In this document: in pieces, positions 1 through 9,200 of the stretch
How the letters are laid out: every line of letters starts with the position of its first letter
Numbering within the stretch: position 1 is the stretch's first letter
Source: Patescibacteria group bacterium UBA3533
GTDB taxonomy: Bacteria; Patescibacteriota; Minisyncoccia; Phycocordibacterales; Phycocordibacteraceae
Direction: 5' to 3'
DNA: 57,029 bases
NCBI GenBank assembly: GCA_002376865.1
Contig: DFOU01000006.1
Span: 30,763 to 87,791, forward strand
The notes under the pieces: model-generated
Told to the model about the DNA's origin: nothing
The model's database searches: none
Seen by the model: only the letters and a program-made list of their open reading frames with translations
Made by a program: the position numbers and the translations under genes

Positions 1-1
1 T

Positions 2-23
2 GAGTTAACTACGTAGTTAACTC
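2..23. repeat. Perfect 22-bp palindrome GAGTTAACTACGTAGTTAACTC, 5 nt downstream of the ABC permease stop codon
   Basis: Read directly from the sequence: the two 11-nt halves are exact reverse complements. It shares the 12-mer AACTACGTAGTT with 26343..26354. It could be a terminator stem or a protein-binding site. The downstream context lies outside the window. Confidence 0.6.
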
Positions 24-28
24 AGTAG

Positions 29-790
29 TTACTCTCGGATCCTCCACCCTATCTTAAATAGATACCAAACCACCCCACTTAGCCCGAATAAGAGTGTGAG
101 CAATACAATATTTCCAATAAGAAGATTGCTGTTTGCAAACCCTGTCATCGCATACCGCATTCCATCAATGAAATAAAAGAATGGATTAAATACCGCAATC
201 TTCTGCATCAGTGGCGGAAGCATCTCAAGTGTATTGAACATTCCTCCTAGAAATGAAAGTGGTGTGATGACAAAGATGTTAAGTGCTCCTAGTTGTTCAA
301 AGCTATTTGCCCAAAGCCCAATGATAATTCCAACAAGTGAAAAGATCGCTGCAATAACTATCGTGTAGTAAATAAAGAGAAGCGGGCTTGCAAATGTAAC
401 TGCACCAAAGATAAGTCCAATGACAAGAATTCCTGATCCAATAACAAGCGCTCGAATAATTCCTCCAACAGTAAACCCAAGCATAAGCTCAAAATACGAT
501 AGTGGAGAAACAAGCAGCTCTTCTATAGTCTTCATGAACCGCTGGAAATATAATCCATTTGCCGCTTGCATAAATGAACCAGAAAGTACGTTCATTGCCA
601 GGATTCCGGGAAATACAAAGAGTAGATATGAGACTCCTCCAATTTCATCAATTCGTCCTCCAAGGACAAATCCAAAAATAAATATAAATAGTCCTGCTGA
701 GATCCATGGTGAGACAATTGAGTTAATTGGTGACCGTAACCAACTATCCATTTGTCGCCGTATAAGAGTGTAAAGTCGAATAAAATTCAT
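29..790 (-). CDS. ABC-2 type transporter permease
   Basis: 253-aa protein, hydrophobic throughout with about 6 predicted helices. Typical ABC-2/NodJ-like layout. It lies 1 nt downstream of the cognate ATPase gene. Confidence 0.8.
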   Translation of the reverse strand: MNFIRLYTLIRRQMDSWLRSPINSIVSPWISAGLFIFIFGFVLGGRIDEIGGVSYLLFVFPGILAMNVLSGSFMQAANGLYFQRFMKTIEELLVSPLSYFELMLGFTVGGIIRALVIGSGILVIGLIFGAVTFASPLLFIYYTIVIAAIFSLVGIIIGLWANSFEQLGALNIFVITPLSFLGGMFNTLEMLPPLMQKIAVFNPFFYFIDGMRYAMTGFANSNLLIGNIVLLTLLFGLSGVVWYLFKIGWRIRE

Positions 791-791
791 A

Positions 792-1511
792 TTACTTTTT
801 TGTTATTTCTAGATACGCACTTTCAAGCCCTCCTGGTTCTTTAAAGAAGTCATGCTTGTCTCCTTGTTTTGCAACCTTTCCATCTGAAATAATGGCGATT
901 GTTTTGCAAAGCTTTTCAACCTCCTCAAGATAGTGACTTGTGAGGATAATTGTTACTCCTTCTTTATTTAAATCTTGCAGGTGCTGCCAAAGCTCTCTTC
1001 GAAGCTCCACATCAACACCTGCTGTTGGCTCATCTAAAATAAGCAGCTTTGGGCTATTCATCATTGCTCGTGCTAACAGCACACGACGCTTAAGTCCTCC
1101 TGAGAGCATGCGGAACATCTTTTTCTTATGGTCCCGAAGATTAAACTGATCAAGTAGTACCTCAATACGTTCCTTTCGATCTTTTTTGCTCATTCCATAA
1201 TATCCTCCCATCCAGTCCAAGATCTGTACTGGTGTAGCAAAAATATCCGCATTAAATTCCTGAGGAGAAAGACCTACCAGTGCTCGTGCCTCTCTATATT
1301 CTGAGACAACATTTTTACCAAACACTTCAATAGAACCACCTGTTGGATTTACGATTCCAGTTATTGAGTGAATTGTTGTACTTTTCCCAGCTCCATTGGG
1401 TCCAAGTAAACCAAAAAAATCTCCTTCTTTAACCTCGAGATTTAATTCGTCAACAGCTTTTGTGCCTCCTCGATACTCTTTCGAGAAGTTCTTTATTGTA
1501 AGTGCATTCAT
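792..1511 (-). CDS. ABC transporter ATP-binding protein
   Basis: Walker A GPNGAGKST, ABC signature LSGGLKRR and Walker B LLILDEPTAGVD. Confidence 0.92.
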   Translation of the reverse strand: MNALTIKNFSKEYRGGTKAVDELNLEVKEGDFFGLLGPNGAGKSTTIHSITGIVNPTGGSIEVFGKNVVSEYREARALVGLSPQEFNADIFATPVQILDWMGGYYGMSKKDRKERIEVLLDQFNLRDHKKKMFRMLSGGLKRRVLLARAMMNSPKLLILDEPTAGVDVELRRELWQHLQDLNKEGVTIILTSHYLEEVEKLCKTIAIISDGKVAKQGDKHDFFKEPGGLESAYLEITKK

Positions 1512-1533
1512 AGCTGCCTATTTTATAACAAAA

Positions 1534-2052
1534 TTACTCAATCTGATATGCGCAATAGCGATTTACGGAACAATTTACAGATCCACAACACGCATAAAAT
1601 CCTCCACCTTTACACTCTGCGTCACTTGTTGGGGTAATTTCATCTGGCATCCAGACGATAAACTTTCCAGGTACTGTTTGCGCACCACAACCCTGAGAAA
1701 CATTTCCATCTACATATACATAACGATCTCCAATTCCTCTGTTTGGACTTGGGTCCTCCGGAACAGCTTGTAGATATGGAGTAAGAGCAGTTATTAAAGC
1801 AGAATCTCCAGAAACAGCACCTCCCCAACAACTTGAAGAATCAAGACACCTCGCTCCCGCCTGTCCTGGATATGACCCTAAAGCATTTTGAGCTAATTCA
1901 AATGCTGTGTGTATGGTTTTTAAATCACTTAACCTCCTAGAATCACGAGCATTTCCTCGCGCAGAGTTAAGTGATGCAAGAACTACAGATGAAAGCATTC
2001 CTATAATTGCTACCACCACAAGAAGCTCAATAAGTGTGAATCCTTTTTTCAT
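1534..2052 (-). CDS. Type IV pilin / T2SS pseudopilin-like protein with a Cys-rich C-terminal domain
   Basis: Class III signal MKKGFTLIELLVVVAIIGMLSSV (prepilin cleavage after G, conserved E+5). The globular C-terminus contains 8 Cys. Confidence 0.85.
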   Translation of the reverse strand: MKKGFTLIELLVVVAIIGMLSSVVLASLNSARGNARDSRRLSDLKTIHTAFELAQNALGSYPGQAGARCLDSSSCWGGAVSGDSALITALTPYLQAVPEDPSPNRGIGDRYVYVDGNVSQGCGAQTVPGKFIVWMPDEITPTSDAECKGGGFYACCGSVNCSVNRYCAYQIE

Positions 2053-2054
2053 AT

Positions 2055-2210
2055 TTAATCGAGAGTATCTATCACATCAAAAACATCTCCTTCATTATGA
2101 TAAAGGAAATCCTCATCACCACTAGATTGCACAATTACCGTTACCGCAAAAACAGCAAACACTGTAAAGAGAACAATGATGAATAGTTTATTTTTGAAAA
2201 ATTTCATCAT
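2055..2210 (-). CDS. Small single-TM protein (51 aa), hand-called below the ORF-track cutoff
   Basis: Translates as MMKFFKNKLFIIVLFTVFAVFAVTVIVQSSGDEDFLYHNEGDVFDVIDTLD. Its ATG overlaps the tktC stop codon (ATGA). It ends 2 nt before the pilin start codon. Confidence 0.4.
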   Translation of the reverse strand: MMKFFKNKLFIIVLFTVFAVFAVTVIVQSSGDEDFLYHNEGDVFDVIDTLD

Positions 2211-3199
2211 ATACGATCAATTGCTTTACGAATTGCCTGCTCGATATGAGAGACTCCCATACCATAGTGTTCTATCAATTCTTTAGGGTCTCCCGATTGC
2301 CCATACTGATCCTTCACGCCAATAAATTCCATTGGCATTGGTTTTACTTGAGAGAGGTACTCAGCTACGGCAGATCCAACACCTCCTGCAATTTGGTGCT
2401 CCTCTACTGTTACGATCGTTTCTACTTCACTACTTAAATCAAGTAATGCTTTTGTATCAAGAGGCTTCACGGTATGAAGATTGAGTACAATGCTTCCAAT
2501 CCCCTCCTCATCTAATTTCTTTGCTGCAAGGAGTGCGTTATGTAGAAGTCCCCCACTTGCAACAATCCCAACCTTTGGCTTCTCGCTCTCCCATACTCGA
2601 TACGCTTTCCCAATTTCAAATGGCGTGTCTTTTGTCGTAAAAATAGGGGATTTACTTCGCCCAAATCGCAAATACACAGGACCCTTATACTTTGCAGCTG
2701 CAATGGTCGCTTTACGCGCCTCTTCTACATCAGTTGGCACAATAACGGTCATGTTTGGCTGAGCTCGCATAAGAGCAATATCCTCAAGCTGCTGATGTGT
2801 TGCACCATCTGGTCCAACTGAAACTCCAGCGTGCATTCCACATACTTTTACATTGGTATTTTGAAGAGAAATAAGTGACCTTATTTGTTCATTATTCCTC
2901 CCTGGAGAAAATGCGGCGTACGAAGCTATAAAAGGAACCTTTCCAACAAGCGCTATTCCTGCAGCAGTTGCAGCTAAGTTCTGCTCTGCTACTCCCATCT
3001 CTATATATCTATCAGGAAACTTTTCATTAAAAAAGTGTGAGCGTGTACTCTCCATAAGATCAGCACACATCACTACAACACTCTCATCATCTTCCCCTGC
3101 CTCAACTACACCATGCCCATACCCATCACGAGTTGAGCCTTGCTCAAGAGCTTCAGTATTAAACGTGTCTTTACTTAGATGTAGTTTTTTATTAAGCAT
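2207..3199 (-). CDS. Transketolase, C-terminal (pyrimidine-binding) subunit
   Basis: Motifs EMGVAEQN, GPDGATHQ and VPTD are typical of the transketolase Pyr and C-terminal domains. The start is placed at the internal ATG (MLNKK...) that overlaps the end of tktN. The longest ORF extends to 3235. Confidence 0.88.
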   Translation of the reverse strand: MLNKKLHLSKDTFNTEALEQGSTRDGYGHGVVEAGEDDESVVVMCADLMESTRSHFFNEKFPDRYIEMGVAEQNLAATAAGIALVGKVPFIASYAAFSPGRNNEQIRSLISLQNTNVKVCGMHAGVSVGPDGATHQQLEDIALMRAQPNMTVIVPTDVEEARKATIAAAKYKGPVYLRFGRSKSPIFTTKDTPFEIGKAYRVWESEKPKVGIVASGGLLHNALLAAKKLDEEGIGSIVLNLHTVKPLDTKALLDLSSEVETIVTVEEHQIAGGVGSAVAEYLSQVKPMPMEFIGVKDQYGQSGDPKELIEHYGMGVSHIEQAIRKAIDRI

Positions 3200-4049
3200 A
3201 TTCTTCTGTAACTTTACCTCCGCACGTACGTACATTCTTTAGGAAACGCTCTGCCTCTTCTTTGCTTGGCGGCTTTCCGTGCCATGTATAATCACACTCA
3301 ATCTCAGGAACTCCCTTACCTGGAATTGTCTTTGCAATGATCATCGTTGGCTTTTCAGTTTGTGACTTCCCTTCTTCAACTGCATGTACAATTGCCTCAA
3401 TATTATGCCCATCAATTTCAATGACGTGGAAATTAAATGATTTGAATTTGTCCGCAAGTGGCTCAAGCGGCATTACATCCTGCGTCATTCCATTAATTTG
3501 AATATTGTTTCGATCGATAAAACAAATTAATTTATTGAGCTTATTATTCCCTGCAAACATTGCAGCCTCCCACGTATTCCCAGCTTGAAGCTCTCCATCT
3601 GAAAGAAGGCAGTATGTATAGTTTTCTTTTTCATCCATTCTAAGTCCGTATGCGATACCGGATGCTTGTGAGAGCCCAGACCCTAGTGGCCCTGAAGTTG
3701 TCTCAAGACCTGGCAATTTATCTGGCTCAGGGTGCCCTTGAAGGCGTGTGCCAAATTTTCGCAGCGTCATTATTTCCTTTAGAGGGAAGTAGCCTGCGTG
3801 TGCCATTGCCGCATATCGCACAGGAACAATATGTCCATTTGAAAGAATGAGTCTATCGCGCTCTTCCCATTCTGGGTCATCTGCCTTGTGATTTAAAATA
3901 TGAAAATAAAATGCAGAAAAGATATCTGTCATTCCAAGAGGTCCTGCGGTGTGACCGCTCTTAGCCTCAGTTAGCATCTCAATAATGCTCTCGCGTATAT
4001 CGCACGCCTTTGCTTCAACTTCTGCAATTTGTTCTTTTGAAATAGCCAT
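3192..4049 (-). CDS. Transketolase, N-terminal (TPP-binding) subunit
   Basis: Motifs SGHTAGPLG, LSNGH, GSLGSGL-like and LSDGELQAGNTWEA match the TPP-binding half of a split transketolase. Confidence 0.9.
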   Translation of the reverse strand: MAISKEQIAEVEAKACDIRESIIEMLTEAKSGHTAGPLGMTDIFSAFYFHILNHKADDPEWEERDRLILSNGHIVPVRYAAMAHAGYFPLKEIMTLRKFGTRLQGHPEPDKLPGLETTSGPLGSGLSQASGIAYGLRMDEKENYTYCLLSDGELQAGNTWEAAMFAGNNKLNKLICFIDRNNIQINGMTQDVMPLEPLADKFKSFNFHVIEIDGHNIEAIVHAVEEGKSQTEKPTMIIAKTIPGKGVPEIECDYTWHGKPPSKEEAERFLKNVRTCGGKVTEEYA

Positions 4050-4771
4050 TATTCGTAGATACCGTACTGTTCAGATAATTTTTCGAACTCCTTGATAGTA
4101 TGACCTATGTTTGCTGTTTTAAATAGAGCAGAACCCACAGCTAACCTATCTGCTCCTGCTGCAAGAAGAGCCGGTGCATTATCAAGTGATACTCCTCCAT
4201 CTACGTGGATGCACACATCAGGATATCGTTTATGAAAGTTCTTTATTCGATCAACAACACGTGGATCAAACTTTTGCCCCTGCTTTCCAATATCTACAAT
4301 TCCCATAAATTGTATGAAGTCTACATACTGTATATATGGAGCGTACTCAGTAAGCTCCAGGTCTATAGGGACTGCCATTCCAACTGAAAGAAGGTCTGGT
4401 GCAAACTCTTTATCATACCCATACTTTTCTGTAATGAGTTGAATGGTTTTTTTGAAGTCTTTTGTACTCTTAAAATGGATGATTATTCTTGTTGCGCCAA
4501 GATCAATAAAATCTCCAACAACTTCATCAGGATTTGCCACCATAAGGTCTATTCCATAGTGAATAGTATCTGCTTCCGGAAGCACCTCTCCTCTTCTTTT
4601 CATCTCCTCTACAGAAGGACCTGCACCTGTATATGGCCACGTGGTATTCCCAACATAGTTTCCGTCACACACATCAAGCTGCACTTTGCGCACAAAGGGT
4701 TTGATTGTGTTTATCTTCTCACTTAACTCAGCGAAGCTTTTGGGAAGTATTGCTGGTGTTACTAATTGCAT
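4049..4771 (-). CDS. rpe: Ribulose-phosphate 3-epimerase-like protein
   Basis: DVCDGNYV (compare DVMDGHFVPN) and HVDGGV motifs, a TIM-barrel length, and a position among pentose-phosphate genes. The sequence is divergent. Confidence 0.7.
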   Translation of the reverse strand: MQLVTPAILPKSFAELSEKINTIKPFVRKVQLDVCDGNYVGNTTWPYTGAGPSVEEMKRRGEVLPEADTIHYGIDLMVANPDEVVGDFIDLGATRIIIHFKSTKDFKKTIQLITEKYGYDKEFAPDLLSVGMAVPIDLELTEYAPYIQYVDFIQFMGIVDIGKQGQKFDPRVVDRIKNFHKRYPDVCIHVDGGVSLDNAPALLAAGADRLAVGSALFKTANIGHTIKEFEKLSEQYGIYE

Positions 4772-4773
4772 TG

Positions 4774-5223
4774 TTAATCTATTTTAGAAATTCTCCTCAC
4801 GTGTCGCTCATCCTCCGAGAACTCTGTGTTTAGCCACAACTCTGCAGCCTTCTTTGCTTGGTCTGCTGAAAGAAATCGAGCACCAAGTGAGAGGACATTT
4901 GCATCATTATGTTCTCTTGAAAGCCTCACGATATCTTCATCTCCTCCATAGAAAACTGCTGCACGTACATTCTTATATCTGTTCGCAACAATAGCTTCTC
5001 CTTGTCCTGAGCCACCCATAATAATTCCAACGTACTTATCTGGATTCTCTGAGATCTTCTCTGCTACTGGCGCCATGGTGTCTGGATAGTCATCATCATC
5101 CTTTTGTTTTTTGGGACCCATGTCCTCAACAGTGCACCCCAAAGACTCAAGATGTCCTAGGACAAATTCTCTTAGTTCAAACCCAGCATGGTCTGTTGCA
5201 AATAGTACTATTTTATCCTGCAT
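4774..5223 (-). CDS. rpiB: Ribose-5-phosphate isomerase B
   Basis: 149-aa protein with ATDHAGFELR and GGSGQGEAIVANR motifs typical of RpiB/LacAB. Confidence 0.88.
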   Translation of the reverse strand: MQDKIVLFATDHAGFELREFVLGHLESLGCTVEDMGPKKQKDDDDYPDTMAPVAEKISENPDKYVGIIMGGSGQGEAIVANRYKNVRAAVFYGGDEDIVRLSREHNDANVLSLGARFLSADQAKKAAELWLNTEFSEDERHVRRISKID

Positions 5224-6232
5224 GTTCTCCTGTTTTAATTACGTGCTGCACGAGAGTATTGGTATATCCGACCTCATTGTCATACCAGGCGCACACTTTT
5301 ATAAGGTTTCCATCTACGACTCGTGTCATATCAAGATCTGCAATTGATGCAAAAGGAGATCCAAGAATATCAGTAGATACAATTGGATCATTCGTTACCG
5401 TAAAGATTCCATCCCACCGCTTATCGTGCGCTGCCTCTACAAGAATGTTATTTACCTCCTCTGCTGTTACGTCCTTCTTTGCGATAAAGGTAATATCTAC
5501 AAAAGATCCTGCGGGCACCGGGACACGCACAGCAATTCCATCGAATTTCCCTTCAAGCTGTGTGTGAGCTTTTGCGGTTGCAAGCGCTGCCCCTGTTGAG
5601 CTTGGCACAATATTTACTGCAGCTGCTCGTCCTCGCCTTACCTTTTTATTTGGACCATCTACAAGGTTCTGAGATGTGGTGTATCCATGGATGGTATTTA
5701 AAATTGCCTTCTCTACACCAATACTCTCGTCAAGAATTGCCACAAGTGGACTTCCTGCGTTTGTTGTACATGATGCATTTGAAGAAATGTCACACGTCTG
5801 GAGCTTCTCTTCATTTACTCCCATAAGTACTGTAGCTCCTTCAATACCGCTTGGAGGAGCATCCTTTACTGGAGCTGATACAACCACCCTCTTTGCTCCT
5901 GCTTGTAGGTGCATTTGGGATTTCTCATAGCTTGCAAAAAATCCAGTAGATTCAAGTGCCACATCTACATTCATCTTCTTCCATGGAAGCTTTGATGGAT
6001 CCTTTTCACTTAGAAGAGGGATTTCTTTCCCATTTACTACAAGCGCTCCATCTTTTACTTCTACATCAAGACCGCTTGGTCCGTATACAGAGTCATACTT
6101 TAGGAGGTATGCGATATTCTCTGGATCTCCCAGATCATTAATTGCAACAATATCTAATTCATCCCTTTCAATCGCCAATTTAAAAAAGGCTCTTCCAATT
6201 CTTCCAAATCCATTTATTGCTATTCGTGACAT
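5213..6232 (-). CDS. gap: Glyceraldehyde-3-phosphate dehydrogenase
   Basis: INGFGRIGR NAD-binding motif, active-site SNASCTTN and a WYDNE C-terminal motif. Confidence 0.95.
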   Translation of the reverse strand: MSRIAINGFGRIGRAFFKLAIERDELDIVAINDLGDPENIAYLLKYDSVYGPSGLDVEVKDGALVVNGKEIPLLSEKDPSKLPWKKMNVDVALESTGFFASYEKSQMHLQAGAKRVVVSAPVKDAPPSGIEGATVLMGVNEEKLQTCDISSNASCTTNAGSPLVAILDESIGVEKAILNTIHGYTTSQNLVDGPNKKVRRGRAAAVNIVPSSTGAALATAKAHTQLEGKFDGIAVRVPVPAGSFVDITFIAKKDVTAEEVNNILVEAAHDKRWDGIFTVTNDPIVSTDILGSPFASIADLDMTRVVDGNLIKVCAWYDNEVGYTNTLVQHVIKTGEHAG

Positions 6233-6238
6233 ATATCT

Positions 6239-9200
6239 CTACTCTACCACGTCCTCCACAGGTGCCTCTGGAGTTTCTACAGCTACTACCGTTACGATTC
6301 GAGAAACTGAAGCTTCATTCCCTGCAATATCAGTTGCTGTATACGTAAGTGTATAAAGCCCTGCATTCTCAGTGTCTACTGCACCAGTTACTACGATATT
6401 TGCAGTTATATCTCCATCAATATCATCTGCTGCAGTCGCTCCCTCATCTGTAAATGAATCCCCTACAGTAATTTCAATTGCAGCTGCTCCAACAAGAGAT
6501 ATTACCGGGGCAATCTCATCAACTGGAGCCTCCTCTACCACCACCTCTTCTTCTACAACAGGAGTTTCCTCCACTACTGCTGGTGTAATTGTAGCTGTTG
6601 TCTCCTCTGTGCTTGTTCCTGTATTTAGTGATGTAAGAGATGCATCAGCTCCTACAACAACAGACCGTGTTGCAGTTGTGAGGTTCCCTGCAGTATCAAG
6701 TACTTTGTATGTAAGCACGTGCTCCCCTGCAACTGATGTATCAAGTGGATGCGTTTCAGCTGAGTATCCATCTACTGAAAGTGTGTAGGTAAGATTCTGA
6801 TCTACATTGTCAGTAATAGTTACTCCTGGCTCTACGTATGCAGTTCCTGTGGCGATATAGTATGGATTTGCTCCGATGATAGTAATAACTGGCTCTTCTG
6901 TATCTACTACGCCAGTATCAGATACTGGAGCTTGATCTCGCTCAGTCTGCACAATGAAGTAATCAAATGTTACGTCTGTATTTTGCACCTGATCTAGTGT
7001 TACGCGGAAGCTTCCATTTGCTTTGTCGGTAATGAACCAACTTCCCACAACAGGTGATGTGAAGGTAATGAAGACCTTTGAGCTTGCCTTAATCTGACTA
7101 TTCTCTACGAGCACCAGCTTATTCCCTGCGTAGATTGTTCCTGTACCTGCTGCTGCCTCCCCATCATTGTCCTTTTGCGCAATAAGCTGCTTGAAGGCAA
7201 GCGCATCAAACTGTGCAAATCCCTTTTCAATAAGTACCCCAAGCTCTGCAAATGCACTCTTGAGTGTTGTTGTACTGAATACTCCTCCTGAACCTGCAAC
7301 CACACCTGATGCCTCAAGTGCTGCAATACGCTCCTCAAGCGTTTCAAGCTTTAGAGCAATCTCCTGCACTGAAGCAAGTGTGAATGTTGCAAGCTTGTAG
7401 ATGTCTACCCCCTTTCCAGATACGCTAAGCACTTCAGAGGGTGCTTCCTCTGCGATAAGACCAAGTCTCAGTGGATTATCATCACTTTCAAAGTTGTATC
7501 GATACTCTGCAATCTGCACCGCCTTAAGCTTACTTAGAATGTCATCCTTTCGAGCCTCATCGAGGTATGCAATTCCCTTCTTCTCTTCTCGTGTTGAGAT
7601 ATTTACAAATGATGTAGCTGCAGCATCTCCAAGCACATGGAGTTTGTATGCTGGAGTTGTTGTTCCGATTCCGATGTTTCCAAGAGCGTCGATTGCTATT
7701 GCTCCATTTGCTCCGATTCGTGACTCAAGCTTCTCATCAAGCTCTATAATTCCTTGTAGCAATCGTGTAGTAAACGCGGTGTCATATGAGACACGTTTGT
7801 ACCCACGATCATCTTCCTGCACCATCTCTGGGAATACTGCCTCTACTTCCTGTGCAATAAGTCCATAGTTTGTTCCAGCTTGTCCATTTAGCCACTCAAA
7901 CTCATCGTTTCGCCACTCGAAAGTAACTCCTCGAAGCTGTGCAAGCCTATCGAGCACTGGATCAAGATCTTGAATATTTTTCTTTAGACGTTCATCTGAA
8001 ACACAAGTTCCTGTAAGAGTGGTGTTGTCAGCATCACGTACACAACCAGTTGTACCTGTTCCAATCTCAATGTCATCCTCAACATCAAGCTTAATTGAGT
8101 CTGGACTCGCAGTACCAATACCTACGTTTCCTGTTCCAAGAACAGTCAGAAGATTCCCTCCTCCATCTGCAACCTGGAATACTTCATCATTTACCCCAAG
8201 ATTATTTGTTGCAGTAAATAGAAATGCCTCATCTGTAGTTCCGCCTGCACTTCGTGCTGCATTAAACCCAACATCAAAACCTTGGAAAGTTGCATTGTTA
8301 TTGACAGTTCCAAATGTCTGTAGGTCAGAAGAGTCAAGAGTTACAAGTGAGCGATTTGCTCCACCTGTATCTTCAAACTGAAGTGATTGATTATTTGTTA
8401 GAAGAATATTTCCTCCTGATACCTCAAGTTTTGTTTCTGGAACAGTTTCTCCGATACCTACGTTTCCAGAGGAATCAATAGTTAGCCGCTCAGTAGAATT
8501 CGTCCACAATGAAATATCATTGTCAGCGTGATTGTATGAAAGCCGACCTCTTGTTGCATTGTCGCTGTCTCCAAAGAAGAGGTGCCCAACCGCAGTATTT
8601 GGCGTAAGGATACTAATACCTGCAGCCGCGCTGTTTTCAATAATCAAATCGTCTGCACTATTATTTGGAGATACTTGTCCTGAACCAGCACTTGCAACGT
8701 GCACTGTTCCTAGAGGAGAAGTAGTACCAATACCTACATTTCCTGCATCATTTACATACAGCTCAGGGTCTCCACTTATTGTTCCTCCCCAGATTCCAAT
8801 ACCAGGATTTGTTCCATCTCCATACGCTCCTACACCTCCTGCTGAGGCAGTAGTTAGATAATCAAAGCCAATTACTGTTCCTGACCCAGCAACTCCAAGG
8901 TTCTGTGTTCCTGCGTCAAGAGTAAAGATTTCTTGAATTACACCGTTGCTTCCTCCCTTTGAAACTGTAAGTAGTGATGCTGGACTTGAAGTACCGATAC
9001 CTACGTTTCCACTTGCATCAATACGCACATGCTCTGCCCCACCTTCGCTAAATGTATATTCTGAACCTGCACTTATAGCAAAGTTAGTAAGTCCTCCTGC
9101 AAAATCAATAGAGAAGTCTGATGCTACATCAGAGCGTTGGAGTTTAAATATGTCTCCTGCTCCACCAATTTCTGCATGCAAGAGAGCGTCTGGAGAAGTA

